Notes under the pieces: generated by a model | What the model was told of the DNA's origin: nothing | Databases searched by the model: none | Seen by the model: only the letters and a program-made list of their open reading frames with translations | Made by a program: the position numbers and the translations under genes | NCBI GenBank assembly: GCA_016210805.1 | Contig: JACQTL010000179.1 | Span: 1 to 29,514 of the forward strand | Direction: 5' to 3' | Length of the DNA stretch: 29,514 nucleotides | Origin: Actinomycetota bacterium | GTDB lineage: Bacteria; Actinomycetota; UBA4738; G016210805 | In this document: one piece after another, positions 9,224 to 16,953 of the stretch | Numbering within the stretch: the stretch's first letter is position 1 | Layout of the letters: each line of letters starts with the position of its first letter

Positions 9224-9250
9224 GGAACCTTCCGGACAGCCCGAGCGTCG
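9224..9250 (+). promoter_or_regulatory. Candidate ECF-sigma promoter GGAACC-N16-CGTCG upstream of the S55 peptidase
   Basis: GGAACC at 9224-9229, a 16-nt spacer and CGTCG at 9246-9250. This is the classic GGAAC/CGTC ECF promoter layout (SigM/SigW-like). Confidence 0.5.
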
Positions 9251-9404
9251 GAGATTCGATATCCGTGTCCGGAGAGGGGTGCCCGGTGGAGACTCTCGGT
9301 GAAGGAGTGGGCTCGCGCGTGCGCGCGGGCCGTCGTTCTTTCCTGGCCGCGCTCGGCGCGGCCGTCGTGCTGGCCGGTTCCCTGAGCGCTCCCAGGCCTC
9401 GGCG

Positions 9405-11162
9405 GTGGGTAACTGCTCCGACGTACCCGACGTATTCCCGGTGGATCAGCTCTCCCCGGGCGACATGGCGGTCGGCTACACGGCCGTCCAGGGCAGGACC
9501 CCGGTCGCGTTCGACGTCGAGATCCTGGGAATCCTGGAGGATGGCATCGCGCCGGACCTCGACTTCATCATGGTCAAGGTCTCCGGGGCGGTGATCGACG
9601 AGACCGGTGGCATCGCCGCCGGGTTCTCGGGCTCGCCCGTCTACATCGGTGACGACCTGGTCGGCGCGATCGCCTACGGGTTCTTCGCGGCGGACCAGAC
9701 CGTGGGAGGGGTGACCCCCGCCGAGGACATGGTGGAGCTGTTCGGGTACCCGAAGGCCACCGGCGCCCCCTCCAGGACGGTCGGACCAAAGCGCATGCCC
9801 CTCCCCCCGGCCGTGACGGTGCCCAGGGCACTCCGCCAGGCGGCGGCTGAGGCCACGGGCCAGCCGGAGAGCTCGTTCCCGACCACGGCCGAGCGGCTGA
9901 CGGTGCCGGTCGCGATCTCCGGGCTGAACAGCCGGGCCATCGGAGAGCTCCAGCAGATCCTCGTGGAGATGAACTGGCCGGTCGCGCTGTATCGGGCCGG
10001 TTCGGCGGCAGCGCCCGTGCCGGGCGTGCCGGCCCCGCCGCCCCCGAACCCCGGGGAGCCCTTCGCCGGGGTGATCAGCTACGGGGACCTGACGTTCGCA
10101 GGGGTCGGGACGACCACGGCCGTCTGCGGGAACCTGGCCGTGGCCTTCGGTCACCCGTTCTTCTTCGAGGGGCCGACGACCCTGGGGATGAACGCGGCCG
10201 ACGTGCTCACCGTGGTCAAGGATCCCAGCAGCCTCTTCGGCCCCTTCAAGGTCGCCAGCGTCGCCGAGAACCTCGGCGTGGTGGACCAGGACCGCCTGGC
10301 CGGGATCCGCGGGATCGGGGGGAGCATCCCCACCCTGGTCGGAGTGGAGTCCTCCGTCACGAACCCCGACCTGGCCAGGTCGAGGGACGGGGAGACCACG
10401 GTGGTCGTGCAGGAGGCCGTGCCCTTCGTGGCGGCCTTCCACGCCCTGCTGAACCTGGACGTCGCCTTCGACCGGATCGGGGACGGCACCACACGTCTGG
10501 GGTGGACAGTCACCGGCGAACGGGAGAGCGGAGGGGAGTTCTCGCTCACCAGGGAGGACATGTACTACTCCGGGTTCGACGCCTCGTTCGTGAGCATCTT
10601 CGACCTGTACATCGCGCTGCTCCGGATCCAGAACAACTCCTTCGAGGACGTCGAGTTCACGTCGGTCGACATCGACGGGAACATCACGCAGAAGGAGCTC
10701 CAGGCCACCATCACGAAGGTGCAGACGGCCAGCTCCCTCCAACCCAACCTACGCCAGAGGGAGTTCATCAAGGTCCAGCGGGGGACGCGGTTCACGATCC
10801 GGGTGTTCCTCGACCCCGCCGAGCCGGGCCCGCTCCAGACCGTCACGTTCACCATGAAGGTCACGAAGCAGGCCCCCAAGAGCGGCAAGCTGAAGATCGA
10901 GGGCGGAGGGCGGAGCGGCTACTACTACTACGGCGTCTCCGGGGCCACCGCGCCGACCGAGCGGTCCCCCGCCAACGGGGACTTCGAGGAGGGCCCCTCG
11001 TCGCTCGATGACCTGCTCGCCGAGATCGCTGGCGGGACCCACGCATTCGACCTCATCGCCACGCTCTTCCCCAAGAAGGTGACGGCCAGGCGGAACCGGG
11101 TGCTCCCCCAGGACACCATCGTCCTCGGAGAGCAGCAGGTCCGCATCATCGTCGTCGGCTAG
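9405..11162 (+). CDS. SpoIVB-like serine peptidase (S55 domain); its N-terminal signal peptide lies in another frame (9286-9393)
   Basis: GYTAVQG...FDVEILGIL, GIAAGFSGSPVYIGDDLVGAIAYG (G-x-SGSP catalytic Ser motif), AFGHPFF and QDRLAGIRG. The upstream frame encodes GRRSFLAALGAAVVLAGSLSAP. Confidence 0.85.
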   Translation: MGNCSDVPDVFPVDQLSPGDMAVGYTAVQGRTPVAFDVEILGILEDGIAPDLDFIMVKVSGAVIDETGGIAAGFSGSPVYIGDDLVGAIAYGFFAADQTVGGVTPAEDMVELFGYPKATGAPSRTVGPKRMPLPPAVTVPRALRQAAAEATGQPESSFPTTAERLTVPVAISGLNSRAIGELQQILVEMNWPVALYRAGSAAAPVPGVPAPPPPNPGEPFAGVISYGDLTFAGVGTTTAVCGNLAVAFGHPFFFEGPTTLGMNAADVLTVVKDPSSLFGPFKVASVAENLGVVDQDRLAGIRGIGGSIPTLVGVESSVTNPDLARSRDGETTVVVQEAVPFVAAFHALLNLDVAFDRIGDGTTRLGWTVTGERESGGEFSLTREDMYYSGFDASFVSIFDLYIALLRIQNNSFEDVEFTSVDIDGNITQKELQATITKVQTASSLQPNLRQREFIKVQRGTRFTIRVFLDPAEPGPLQTVTFTMKVTKQAPKSGKLKIEGGGRSGYYYYGVSGATAPTERSPANGDFEEGPSSLDDLLAEIAGGTHAFDLIATLFPKKVTARRNRVLPQDTIVLGEQQVRIIVVG

Positions 11163-11542
11163 AAGCCGCACGTACGGGACCCGGGGCCTGGCGTGTTCGA
11201 GCCTCGACCGGGCGGTCGCCCTCTCACGGCGCGCTCGGCTTCATGGCGGACGGGCCCCGTCCCGTTCCCGCACGTTGAGGAGGCGTCGGGAGAGATCCGG
11301 TACCGCCGTCCGTTCAACGTGCTCCACGGGACCCTCCCGCCCGCCAGCGCCGGCGCGCCCGCACCGCCCGAACGTCCGACGCGGGACCGAGCCCGTGCAT
11401 TCGCCACGCACGGCCTGTGCCTCGGGTGTCCGACCACGGTTGCGACGCGAGGGGGTCCGGCGGAGATGCAGGCGCAGACGCGGCGGAGCGCCGGAGGCGC
11501 GAAGCCGCGGCGAGAACATCGCAGCGTAGGAGCCCCCTCGCG
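11162..11542. other. Highly structured intergenic element (three hairpin domains); possible ncRNA or MITE/REP-like repeat
   Basis: Inverted repeats: GAAGCCG/CGGCTTC (11162-11168 / 11236-11242), a rod-like hairpin at 11244-11346, and a perfect 10-bp pair CGCGAGGGGG/CCCCCTCGCG (11446-11455 / 11533-11542). Confidence 0.5.
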
Positions 11543-11612
11543 GCGCACCCAGGCGATCCCTCCGCAGGTGCGGAGTCGGAGGACTCTCCCGGGCACTGCA
11601 CCCGGCGCGGGT

Positions 11613-11621
11613 TGCTAGCCT
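11613..11621 (+). promoter_or_regulatory. Extended -10 element (TGCTAGCCT) placed for a leaderless transcript starting at GTG 11628
   Basis: TGn-TAnnnT pattern ending 6 nt before the GTG; no Shine-Dalgarno present. Confidence 0.5.
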
Positions 11622-11627
11622 GCGGGG

Positions 11628-11771
11628 GTGCGGCGGTGGACGTTGGTCACGCTGGTGGTGCTGTTCGTCGTGCTGGTGGGCGCGGCGATCTGGCAGCTCG
11701 TGCTGCTCGACCGGTACGAGCCCGCCTCCGGGCCGCCCGCGACGGTGACCCCTACCTCGCCTGCACCGTGA
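11628..11771 (+). CDS. Small single-pass membrane protein (47 aa)
   Basis: Below the track length cut-off. Translation MRRWTLVTLVVLFVVLVGAAIWQLVLLDRYEPASGPPATVTPTSPAP has a basic N-terminus, a 20+ aa hydrophobic helix, a Pro/Thr tail and GC3-rich codons. Confidence 0.7.
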   Translation: MRRWTLVTLVVLFVVLVGAAIWQLVLLDRYEPASGPPATVTPTSPAP

Positions 11772-13407
11772 CCACGCCGGCCAGCAGCCGGTCGCTCCCC
11801 GTCCGGTAGGCCCGCAGGGCGTAGTAGATGGGGCCGCTCGCCGGAGCTGATGCGTCCGTGAAGCTGCGGGTCCCCGGCGGCAGCGACGTCGCTACGACCG
11901 TCGCCGCGTTCTCGTTCGCGACGTCGATCGGCGCCGTCGACCGGAGGACCTCGTAGCGGCCCACCCCGGCCATGGCCTCCGGGTCCGTGTCGTCGTCGTA
12001 CGTGTCCCAGGAGAGCACCACGCCGGCTCCCGTCACGGAGGCCGTCAGGTCGATGGCTGGGTTGATCACGGTCATCTCCCAGAACGAGGCGGTGATCCCG
12101 TTGGCCTCGGCCACGGCGACGGCGTCCTCGAACTTCGCCCAGTCCTCGTACGGCTTCACGTAGTCCAGCGTGAAGACGTCGAACGTGGGACCGGTCGGGT
12201 GGTTGCGGAGCAGGTTGGCGAAGGCGGCCTGGCCGGCCCGGTAAGCCAGGTCGGCCTCGGAGAGACGTGCGCCCCCGGGCGCGTAGGTGAAGCTCTCGAA
12301 CATCACCCCGTTGACGATCCCGGCGACCTCCTTGTACAGGTCGTAGCCGTTCACCACGACCTTGATCCCGGGATGGGCGGCGGTGATCGACTCCACCAGC
12401 GGTCGCACCCCCGCCTCGAGCGACGGGTGCGTGACGAAGAACGTGTCGAGGAACACCGCATCGGCGCCCGCCGACGCCGCCTGCCCGACCTTCTCGAGGA
12501 TCACCGCCCGCCACGAAGCCGAGGCCGGGTCCGTGTAGAAGTTCCGCCCGCCGCCGTACGACTTGTAGTCGGGGTACCCGTCCGGCACCTTGACCCCCGA
12601 CGCGTCCTTGAAGTCCACGTAACGGGAGTCGAACCCGCCTGGACCGCCTCCATCGCCGGCCAGGGGGGTCGCGTCCGGTCGGGGGTCCTCGCCGAAGGAG
12701 ACGTAGCCGGCCACGGTGACCCCGGCCGCCTTCAGCTCGGCGATCTCGTCCGCATCCTGCGGATACACCGCGCCCAGGATCACGAGGTCGTACTTCGCCA
12801 GGTCCTCGGGGCGGTCGAGGTGGTTCTGGTACCAGGCCGACACGTCCTGGAGATCTCCGAGGTCGTGGGCCTTCCCGCCGATGTTGTAGGCCTCGATGTC
12901 CCACCCGCCCCAGTCGCTGTCGGGGTAGTACGTCCACCCGTCGCCGGTGCACTCGATCGTGGGGAACAGGTCCACGAAGCCCTGCTTCCGGTACTTCTTC
13001 ACGCCCTTCGTGATGTCGGCCCGGATGTGCCCGAGGCTCCCGAGCTGCTCGTAGGCGATCTTCCCGGTCGGCGACCCCGTGCGGATCAGGAAGCGGTAGC
13101 CGGAGCCGTTCCCGCTCCACGCCAGCACGTTCCGCCGGAGGTTGAGGACGAACTTCCCGAGCTTCTTGGGGACCTGGAGCCGGATCTGCAGCGGATAGGT
13201 CCCGCAGGCCTGGTACCCGACGTAGGCGAGGGTCCCGGAGGACCACACCGCCGCGGGGTCGGCCTTGGGCGTGGGAGGGAGGGTCTCGTAGACGAACTGG
13301 GGATCCTGGAACCCTCCCCCGGCCCGGCGGCCCGCCGAGGCGTCCCCGGCGGGCGTGAGGAGGGCGAGGACGAGGAGCAGGGTGAGGGCGATGGCGCGAT
13401 CCCTGAT
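11752..13407 (-). CDS. Secreted GH114/GH166 (PelA-hydrolase-like) TIM-barrel protein with C-terminal FN3-like domain, paralog 2; apparent ATC start
   Basis: Motifs YDLVIL, AGYVSFGE, GDGGGPGGFDSRYVD, GADAVFLDT, VVVNG and GVMFESF. FN3-like tail VLSW..YEVLRS..SFTD..YYALRAY. The frame is open 53 codons upstream of track start 13248, through a signal peptide, to ATC 13407, which sits 7 nt after AAAGGA. Confidence 0.72.
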   Translation of the reverse strand: MRDRAIALTLLLVLALLTPAGDASAGRRAGGGFQDPQFVYETLPPTPKADPAAVWSSGTLAYVGYQACGTYPLQIRLQVPKKLGKFVLNLRRNVLAWSGNGSGYRFLIRTGSPTGKIAYEQLGSLGHIRADITKGVKKYRKQGFVDLFPTIECTGDGWTYYPDSDWGGWDIEAYNIGGKAHDLGDLQDVSAWYQNHLDRPEDLAKYDLVILGAVYPQDADEIAELKAAGVTVAGYVSFGEDPRPDATPLAGDGGGPGGFDSRYVDFKDASGVKVPDGYPDYKSYGGGRNFYTDPASASWRAVILEKVGQAASAGADAVFLDTFFVTHPSLEAGVRPLVESITAAHPGIKVVVNGYDLYKEVAGIVNGVMFESFTYAPGGARLSEADLAYRAGQAAFANLLRNHPTGPTFDVFTLDYVKPYEDWAKFEDAVAVAEANGITASFWEMTVINPAIDLTASVTGAGVVLSWDTYDDDTDPEAMAGVGRYEVLRSTAPIDVANENAATVVATSLPPGTRSFTDASAPASGPIYYALRAYRTGSDRLLAGVVTVQAR

Positions 13408-13537
13408 GGCGGGGTCCTTTCGTCCGCCAGCGTCGCGCCTCCGCCGGAAGTCCTACGACCAAGAGGCTAGCGAGCCTCCGCCGAAAGGGGAAGCGGATCC
13501 GAGGGATACGCGGGGAAGATCCCATCGAACGTGACGT

Positions 13538-13557
13538 GGCGCCCGTTACCGGGCGCC
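13538..13557 (-). terminator. GC-rich 8-bp hairpin with GUAA tetraloop downstream of paralog 1 (possible terminator or stability hairpin)
   Basis: GGCGCCCG-GTAA-CGGGCGCC on the minus strand, 13 nt after stop 13571. No U-tract follows. Confidence 0.3.
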
Positions 13558-13570
13558 CACCCCGAGCTGT

Positions 13571-15247
13571 CTATCGGGCCCGGAACTTGAGGGTGGCGAT
13601 CAGGAGGCGCTTGGAGGCCCCCGTCCGGTAGGCCCGCAGCGCGTAGTAGACCTTCCCGGAGGCCGGCGCGCCGCGGTCGATCACCTGGCGGGTCCCCCGG
13701 GGCAGGCCGGTGGCCACGACCGTGGCCGCCCGCCAGTCGGCCCCCGTGCGGAAGGGCCGGTTCAGCCGGCGGAGCTCGTAGGAGCCGACCGAGGACATGA
13801 CCTCGGGGTCGGGATCGTCGGCGGAGACCTTCCACGTGACCTTGAACCCCCGGGCGATGGGCACCGCCTTCAGGCCCCAGGCCGGGTTCACCAGGACCAT
13901 GTCCCAGGTCCCCAGGGTCATGCCGTTCGCGGCCGCCCTCGACGCCGCCACGTCGACCTTCCCCGAGGCCGAGTACGGCTCGATCGCGTCCAGGGAGAGG
14001 AGCGAGAACCTCGGCTCCTCGGGCCAGCCCCGCACGAAGTTCGCGTCGCGGGCCAGCTCGTCGCGGATCGGGTCGAGGGCGGGGTCGATCCGCACGCCCC
14101 CGGGAGCGTAGGTGAAGCTCTCCATCATCACGCCGTTCACGAGGTTCCCCACCTCGAAGAAGGCCTGGTAGCTGTTGATCACGACGTACAGGTCCGGATG
14201 GGCCGCCCGGATCGCGCCCACGGCGGCGTGCAGGCCGGGGGCCAGCGAGGGATGGGCCAGCTCGAACCCGTCGAGGAAGACACCGTTGGCCCCGTTCGCC
14301 ACGTGGTCGGCCACCTGGGCGAGCAGGACACCCTGCCACGAGGCCGACCGGGGGTCGGTCACGTACCACCGGCAGCTCGCGCTCTCACCGTCGTAGTCGG
14401 GGAACCCGTCGGGGACCTTGGCCCCGCCCACGCTCCGGAAGTCCACGTAGCGCGAGTCGTATCCGCCGGGCCCCTGCCCGTCGCCCTTCAGCGGGTCGCT
14501 CGGCGAGCAGCGCTTGTCCAGCGTGAAGCTCACGTACCCGGCGACGACGTCGTTCCCCTTGCGGAGCGTGGCGTACTCGCTCGAGAACCACGGATAGGTC
14601 GCCGCCAGGATCACCAGGTCGTGCTTCCCGAGGTCCTTGAGCCGCGGGAAGCCGTACCGGTAATAGACGACCGCGTTCTTGAAGGCCGGCAGGGTGTGAG
14701 GGTCGGGGGCCAGGACGTAGGCCTCGACGTCCCAGTAGCCCCAGTCGCTGTCCGGATGCCAGGTCCAGCCCTCGTTGGGGGGCCCGCACAGGATCGTGGG
14801 GTAGAGGTCCACGAACCCCTGGCCCCGGTGGGCTGCCGTGATCGACGCCGTGAGGTCGAGGTACGCGTTCCCCGAGGGGAGGGGGCCCTGGAAGGCGATC
14901 GGCCCCCCGGGCCCGTCGGCCCGCACGACCAGGGTGTAGGGCGGGAAGCCGCCCCCCCAGGGCCGGACGTTGCGGCGCAGGTTCACCAGGTACGTCGAGC
15001 CGGTCGAAAGCTGGGCCGGGACCTCGAACCGGAAGGTCACCGGATAGGTGCCGCACACCTGGAACGGGCCGAACGGGTTCTGGTTGGTCAGCCAGACCTG
15101 GTGGGGGTCCGCCTTCGGGGTGGGAGCGAGGGTCTCCTGCACGAACCGAGCCGGCACGGCGGCCGTGGCCGGCGGACCGAACGCACCGACCGGGAGGGCT
15201 CCCCCGAGGAAGGCGACAACGATGAGGGTTCGAGTGGCGCGACGCAT
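13571..15247 (-). CDS. Secreted GH114/GH166 (PelA-hydrolase-like) TIM-barrel protein with C-terminal FN3-like domain, paralog 1
   Basis: Signal peptide MRRATRTLIVVAFLGGAL, then HDLVIL, AGYVSFT, GDGQGPGGYDSRYVD, GANGVFLDG, VVINS and GVMMESFTYAPGG. Collinear with paralog 2 along its whole length. Confidence 0.78.
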   Translation of the reverse strand: MRRATRTLIVVAFLGGALPVGAFGPPATAAVPARFVQETLAPTPKADPHQVWLTNQNPFGPFQVCGTYPVTFRFEVPAQLSTGSTYLVNLRRNVRPWGGGFPPYTLVVRADGPGGPIAFQGPLPSGNAYLDLTASITAAHRGQGFVDLYPTILCGPPNEGWTWHPDSDWGYWDVEAYVLAPDPHTLPAFKNAVVYYRYGFPRLKDLGKHDLVILAATYPWFSSEYATLRKGNDVVAGYVSFTLDKRCSPSDPLKGDGQGPGGYDSRYVDFRSVGGAKVPDGFPDYDGESASCRWYVTDPRSASWQGVLLAQVADHVANGANGVFLDGFELAHPSLAPGLHAAVGAIRAAHPDLYVVINSYQAFFEVGNLVNGVMMESFTYAPGGVRIDPALDPIRDELARDANFVRGWPEEPRFSLLSLDAIEPYSASGKVDVAASRAAANGMTLGTWDMVLVNPAWGLKAVPIARGFKVTWKVSADDPDPEVMSSVGSYELRRLNRPFRTGADWRAATVVATGLPRGTRQVIDRGAPASGKVYYALRAYRTGASKRLLIATLKFRAR

Positions 15248-15347
15248 CCCAGGACGCTTCGGTCATCGGCGCCGCGCCCACCGAGCTTGATCGTGCCGCC
15301 AGCGTACGGCCAGGGGCCCGCCGCGTGAAGCGGATCCGGGGAACCGT

Positions 15348-15848
15348 TCAGTAGGGCAGGACGGGGTGCTCCGCCTCCTCCAGGGCCGCCAGGAGGGCCC
15401 GGGCCTCCCGGCCGTCGAGCGCCCCGTCCACGAGCGGGAGGATCAGCTCGTCCTCCTTCGCGAGGTGAAGGCCCAGGATCGAGTACAGGCCGTACAGCAC
15501 GCGCCGGATCGCGCTGGCCTGCCACCGGGTGAGCGCCTCGCCCCGGAGCGTGCCCCGGAGGAGGTCGAGCTCCTGGGCCAGCCTGGACAGCTCCAGGTGG
15601 TCTCGGCCCATGAGCCGAACGGCGAGGTCCCCATCCACCGCCCGTTCCACGGCCGGGTAGAGGACCCGGTCCTCCGCCCGAGCGTGGGGCACCAGCTCCT
15701 CGGTCAGGAACCGGCGGATCCGGTCGATCCGCCCGGCCAGCTCCGGCACGGTCAGGGCGCCCACCGCGTCGGCCAGGGACCGGAACACCTCCACGCGCCG
15801 GAGAAGCTCCCCGTGCATCCCCCGGATCGTCGCCTCCACCTCGCGCAT
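15348..15848 (-). CDS. Hemerythrin (HHE cation-binding) domain protein
   Basis: Di-iron ligand pattern MHGEL, HARAEDRVLYP, DHLEL and HLAKEDELILP. RBS GAGGAGG. Confidence 0.88.
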   Translation of the reverse strand: MREVEATIRGMHGELLRRVEVFRSLADAVGALTVPELAGRIDRIRRFLTEELVPHARAEDRVLYPAVERAVDGDLAVRLMGRDHLELSRLAQELDLLRGTLRGEALTRWQASAIRRVLYGLYSILGLHLAKEDELILPLVDGALDGREARALLAALEEAEHPVLPY

Positions 15849-15957
15849 GGCAGCCTCCTCGGGTCGTCGACCCCACGGTAGGCGGCATGGTTCGCGACGG
15901 GACCGGCCGACCGGCCCCCGAACGAGGGGTCGCCGGGCCGGGCCGGGCCGCCGGGTC

Positions 15958-16953
15958 CTACAGCAGGACGGAGCGGCGGGACATCAGGTTCCGGTACAGC
16001 GACTGCTGGATCACGTCGCGGATCCGGTCGGTGAGCTCGAAGACCAGCATGGCGTCCTGCCAGGCGTCGTCGGGCTGGTCCTCCGTGTGGATGGGCTCGC
16101 CGAACTCCACGATCCACTTCGACGGCAGGGGGATCGCGCCGAGGGGCCCGAGCCACGGGAAGAGCGGGGTGACCGGGAAGTAGGGGAGGTCGAACAGGCG
16201 GGCCAGGATCCGGATGTCTCCGATCTTAGGGTAGATCTCCTCCGACCCCACGATGGACACGGGGATCACCGGTACCTTCGCCCGCAGCGCGAGCTCGATG
16301 AACCCGCCCCGCCCGAAGCGCTGGAGCCTGTACCGGTCGCGATAGCTCTTCCCGACCCCCTTGTAGCCCTCCGGGAACACCCCGAGGAGCTCCCCCTCCG
16401 AGAGGAGCCGGAAGGCGTCATCGGCGTTGGCCGGGGAGTTCCCGGACTTGCGGGCCAGCGGGGCGATGAACGGCATCCGGAACGCGAGATCGGCGGCCAG
16501 GAGGCGGACGTGCCGCCTGGCCGGGTGCCGGTCGAGCACGCCGAACTTCATCATCACGGCGTCCACGGGGATCGTCCCGGCGTGGTTGGCCACGAGGAGA
16601 GCCCCTCCCTCGGGGGGCACGTTCTCCATCCCCCGCCACTCGATCCGGAACCACCGGTCCATCAGCGGGCGGGCCAGCGGGAGCAGGATCCGCTCGGTCA
16701 GCTCGCGGTCGAAGCCGTACCGATCGACCTCGTAGTCGCCGGTCATCCTCCGGGCCAGGGACCGGAGGACCTCGCGCACCGCCTCGGCCGAGAACGGCCC
16801 GATGCGTTCCGGTGCGGCGGGGAGGTGGACCCGGCAGAACCCCGTGTCGCCTACGGCCCGGTTCCGGCACCTCCGTCCGCTCGCCGTGAGCGCCCTGCAC
16901 CGCCCGGGGTCCGCGCGCGACAGGGGGAGCTCGATCACCTGGGCCACGGTCAC
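15958..16953 (-). CDS. Lysophospholipid/glycerol acyltransferase (Rv0502-like) with N-terminal CCCH zinc-finger-like insert
   Basis: GTG 16953 overlaps the epimerase stop (GTGA). Motifs NHAGTIPVD (HX4D), VFPEGYKG, FGRGGF and PVSIVGSEE; family-typical DYEVDRYGFD. Confidence 0.9.
   Translation of the reverse strand: MTVAQVIELPLSRADPGRCRALTASGRRCRNRAVGDTGFCRVHLPAAPERIGPFSAEAVREVLRSLARRMTGDYEVDRYGFDRELTERILLPLARPLMDRWFRIEWRGMENVPPEGGALLVANHAGTIPVDAVMMKFGVLDRHPARRHVRLLAADLAFRMPFIAPLARKSGNSPANADDAFRLLSEGELLGVFPEGYKGVGKSYRDRYRLQRFGRGGFIELALRAKVPVIPVSIVGSEEIYPKIGDIRILARLFDLPYFPVTPLFPWLGPLGAIPLPSKWIVEFGEPIHTEDQPDDAWQDAMLVFELTDRIRDVIQQSLYRNLMSRRSVLL

Noticed and set aside
11244-11346. SRP (4.5S), 6S or Ms1 RNA
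   Set aside because: No CAGG-UCC-GGAA-GGA-AGCAG motif on either strand, too short with no large central bubble, and not the usual Ms1 locus.
11159-11809. ORFs of 84-145 aa in the intergenic region
   Set aside because: They overlap in several frames and have no protein-like composition, RBS or codon bias; the region is better explained by RNA/DNA structure.
13430-13570. c-di-GMP or c-di-AMP riboswitch upstream of the biofilm-type hydrolase
   Set aside because: Fragments such as CCGAAAGG lie on the wrong strand and the conserved cores are not recognisable. An Rfam scan would settle it.
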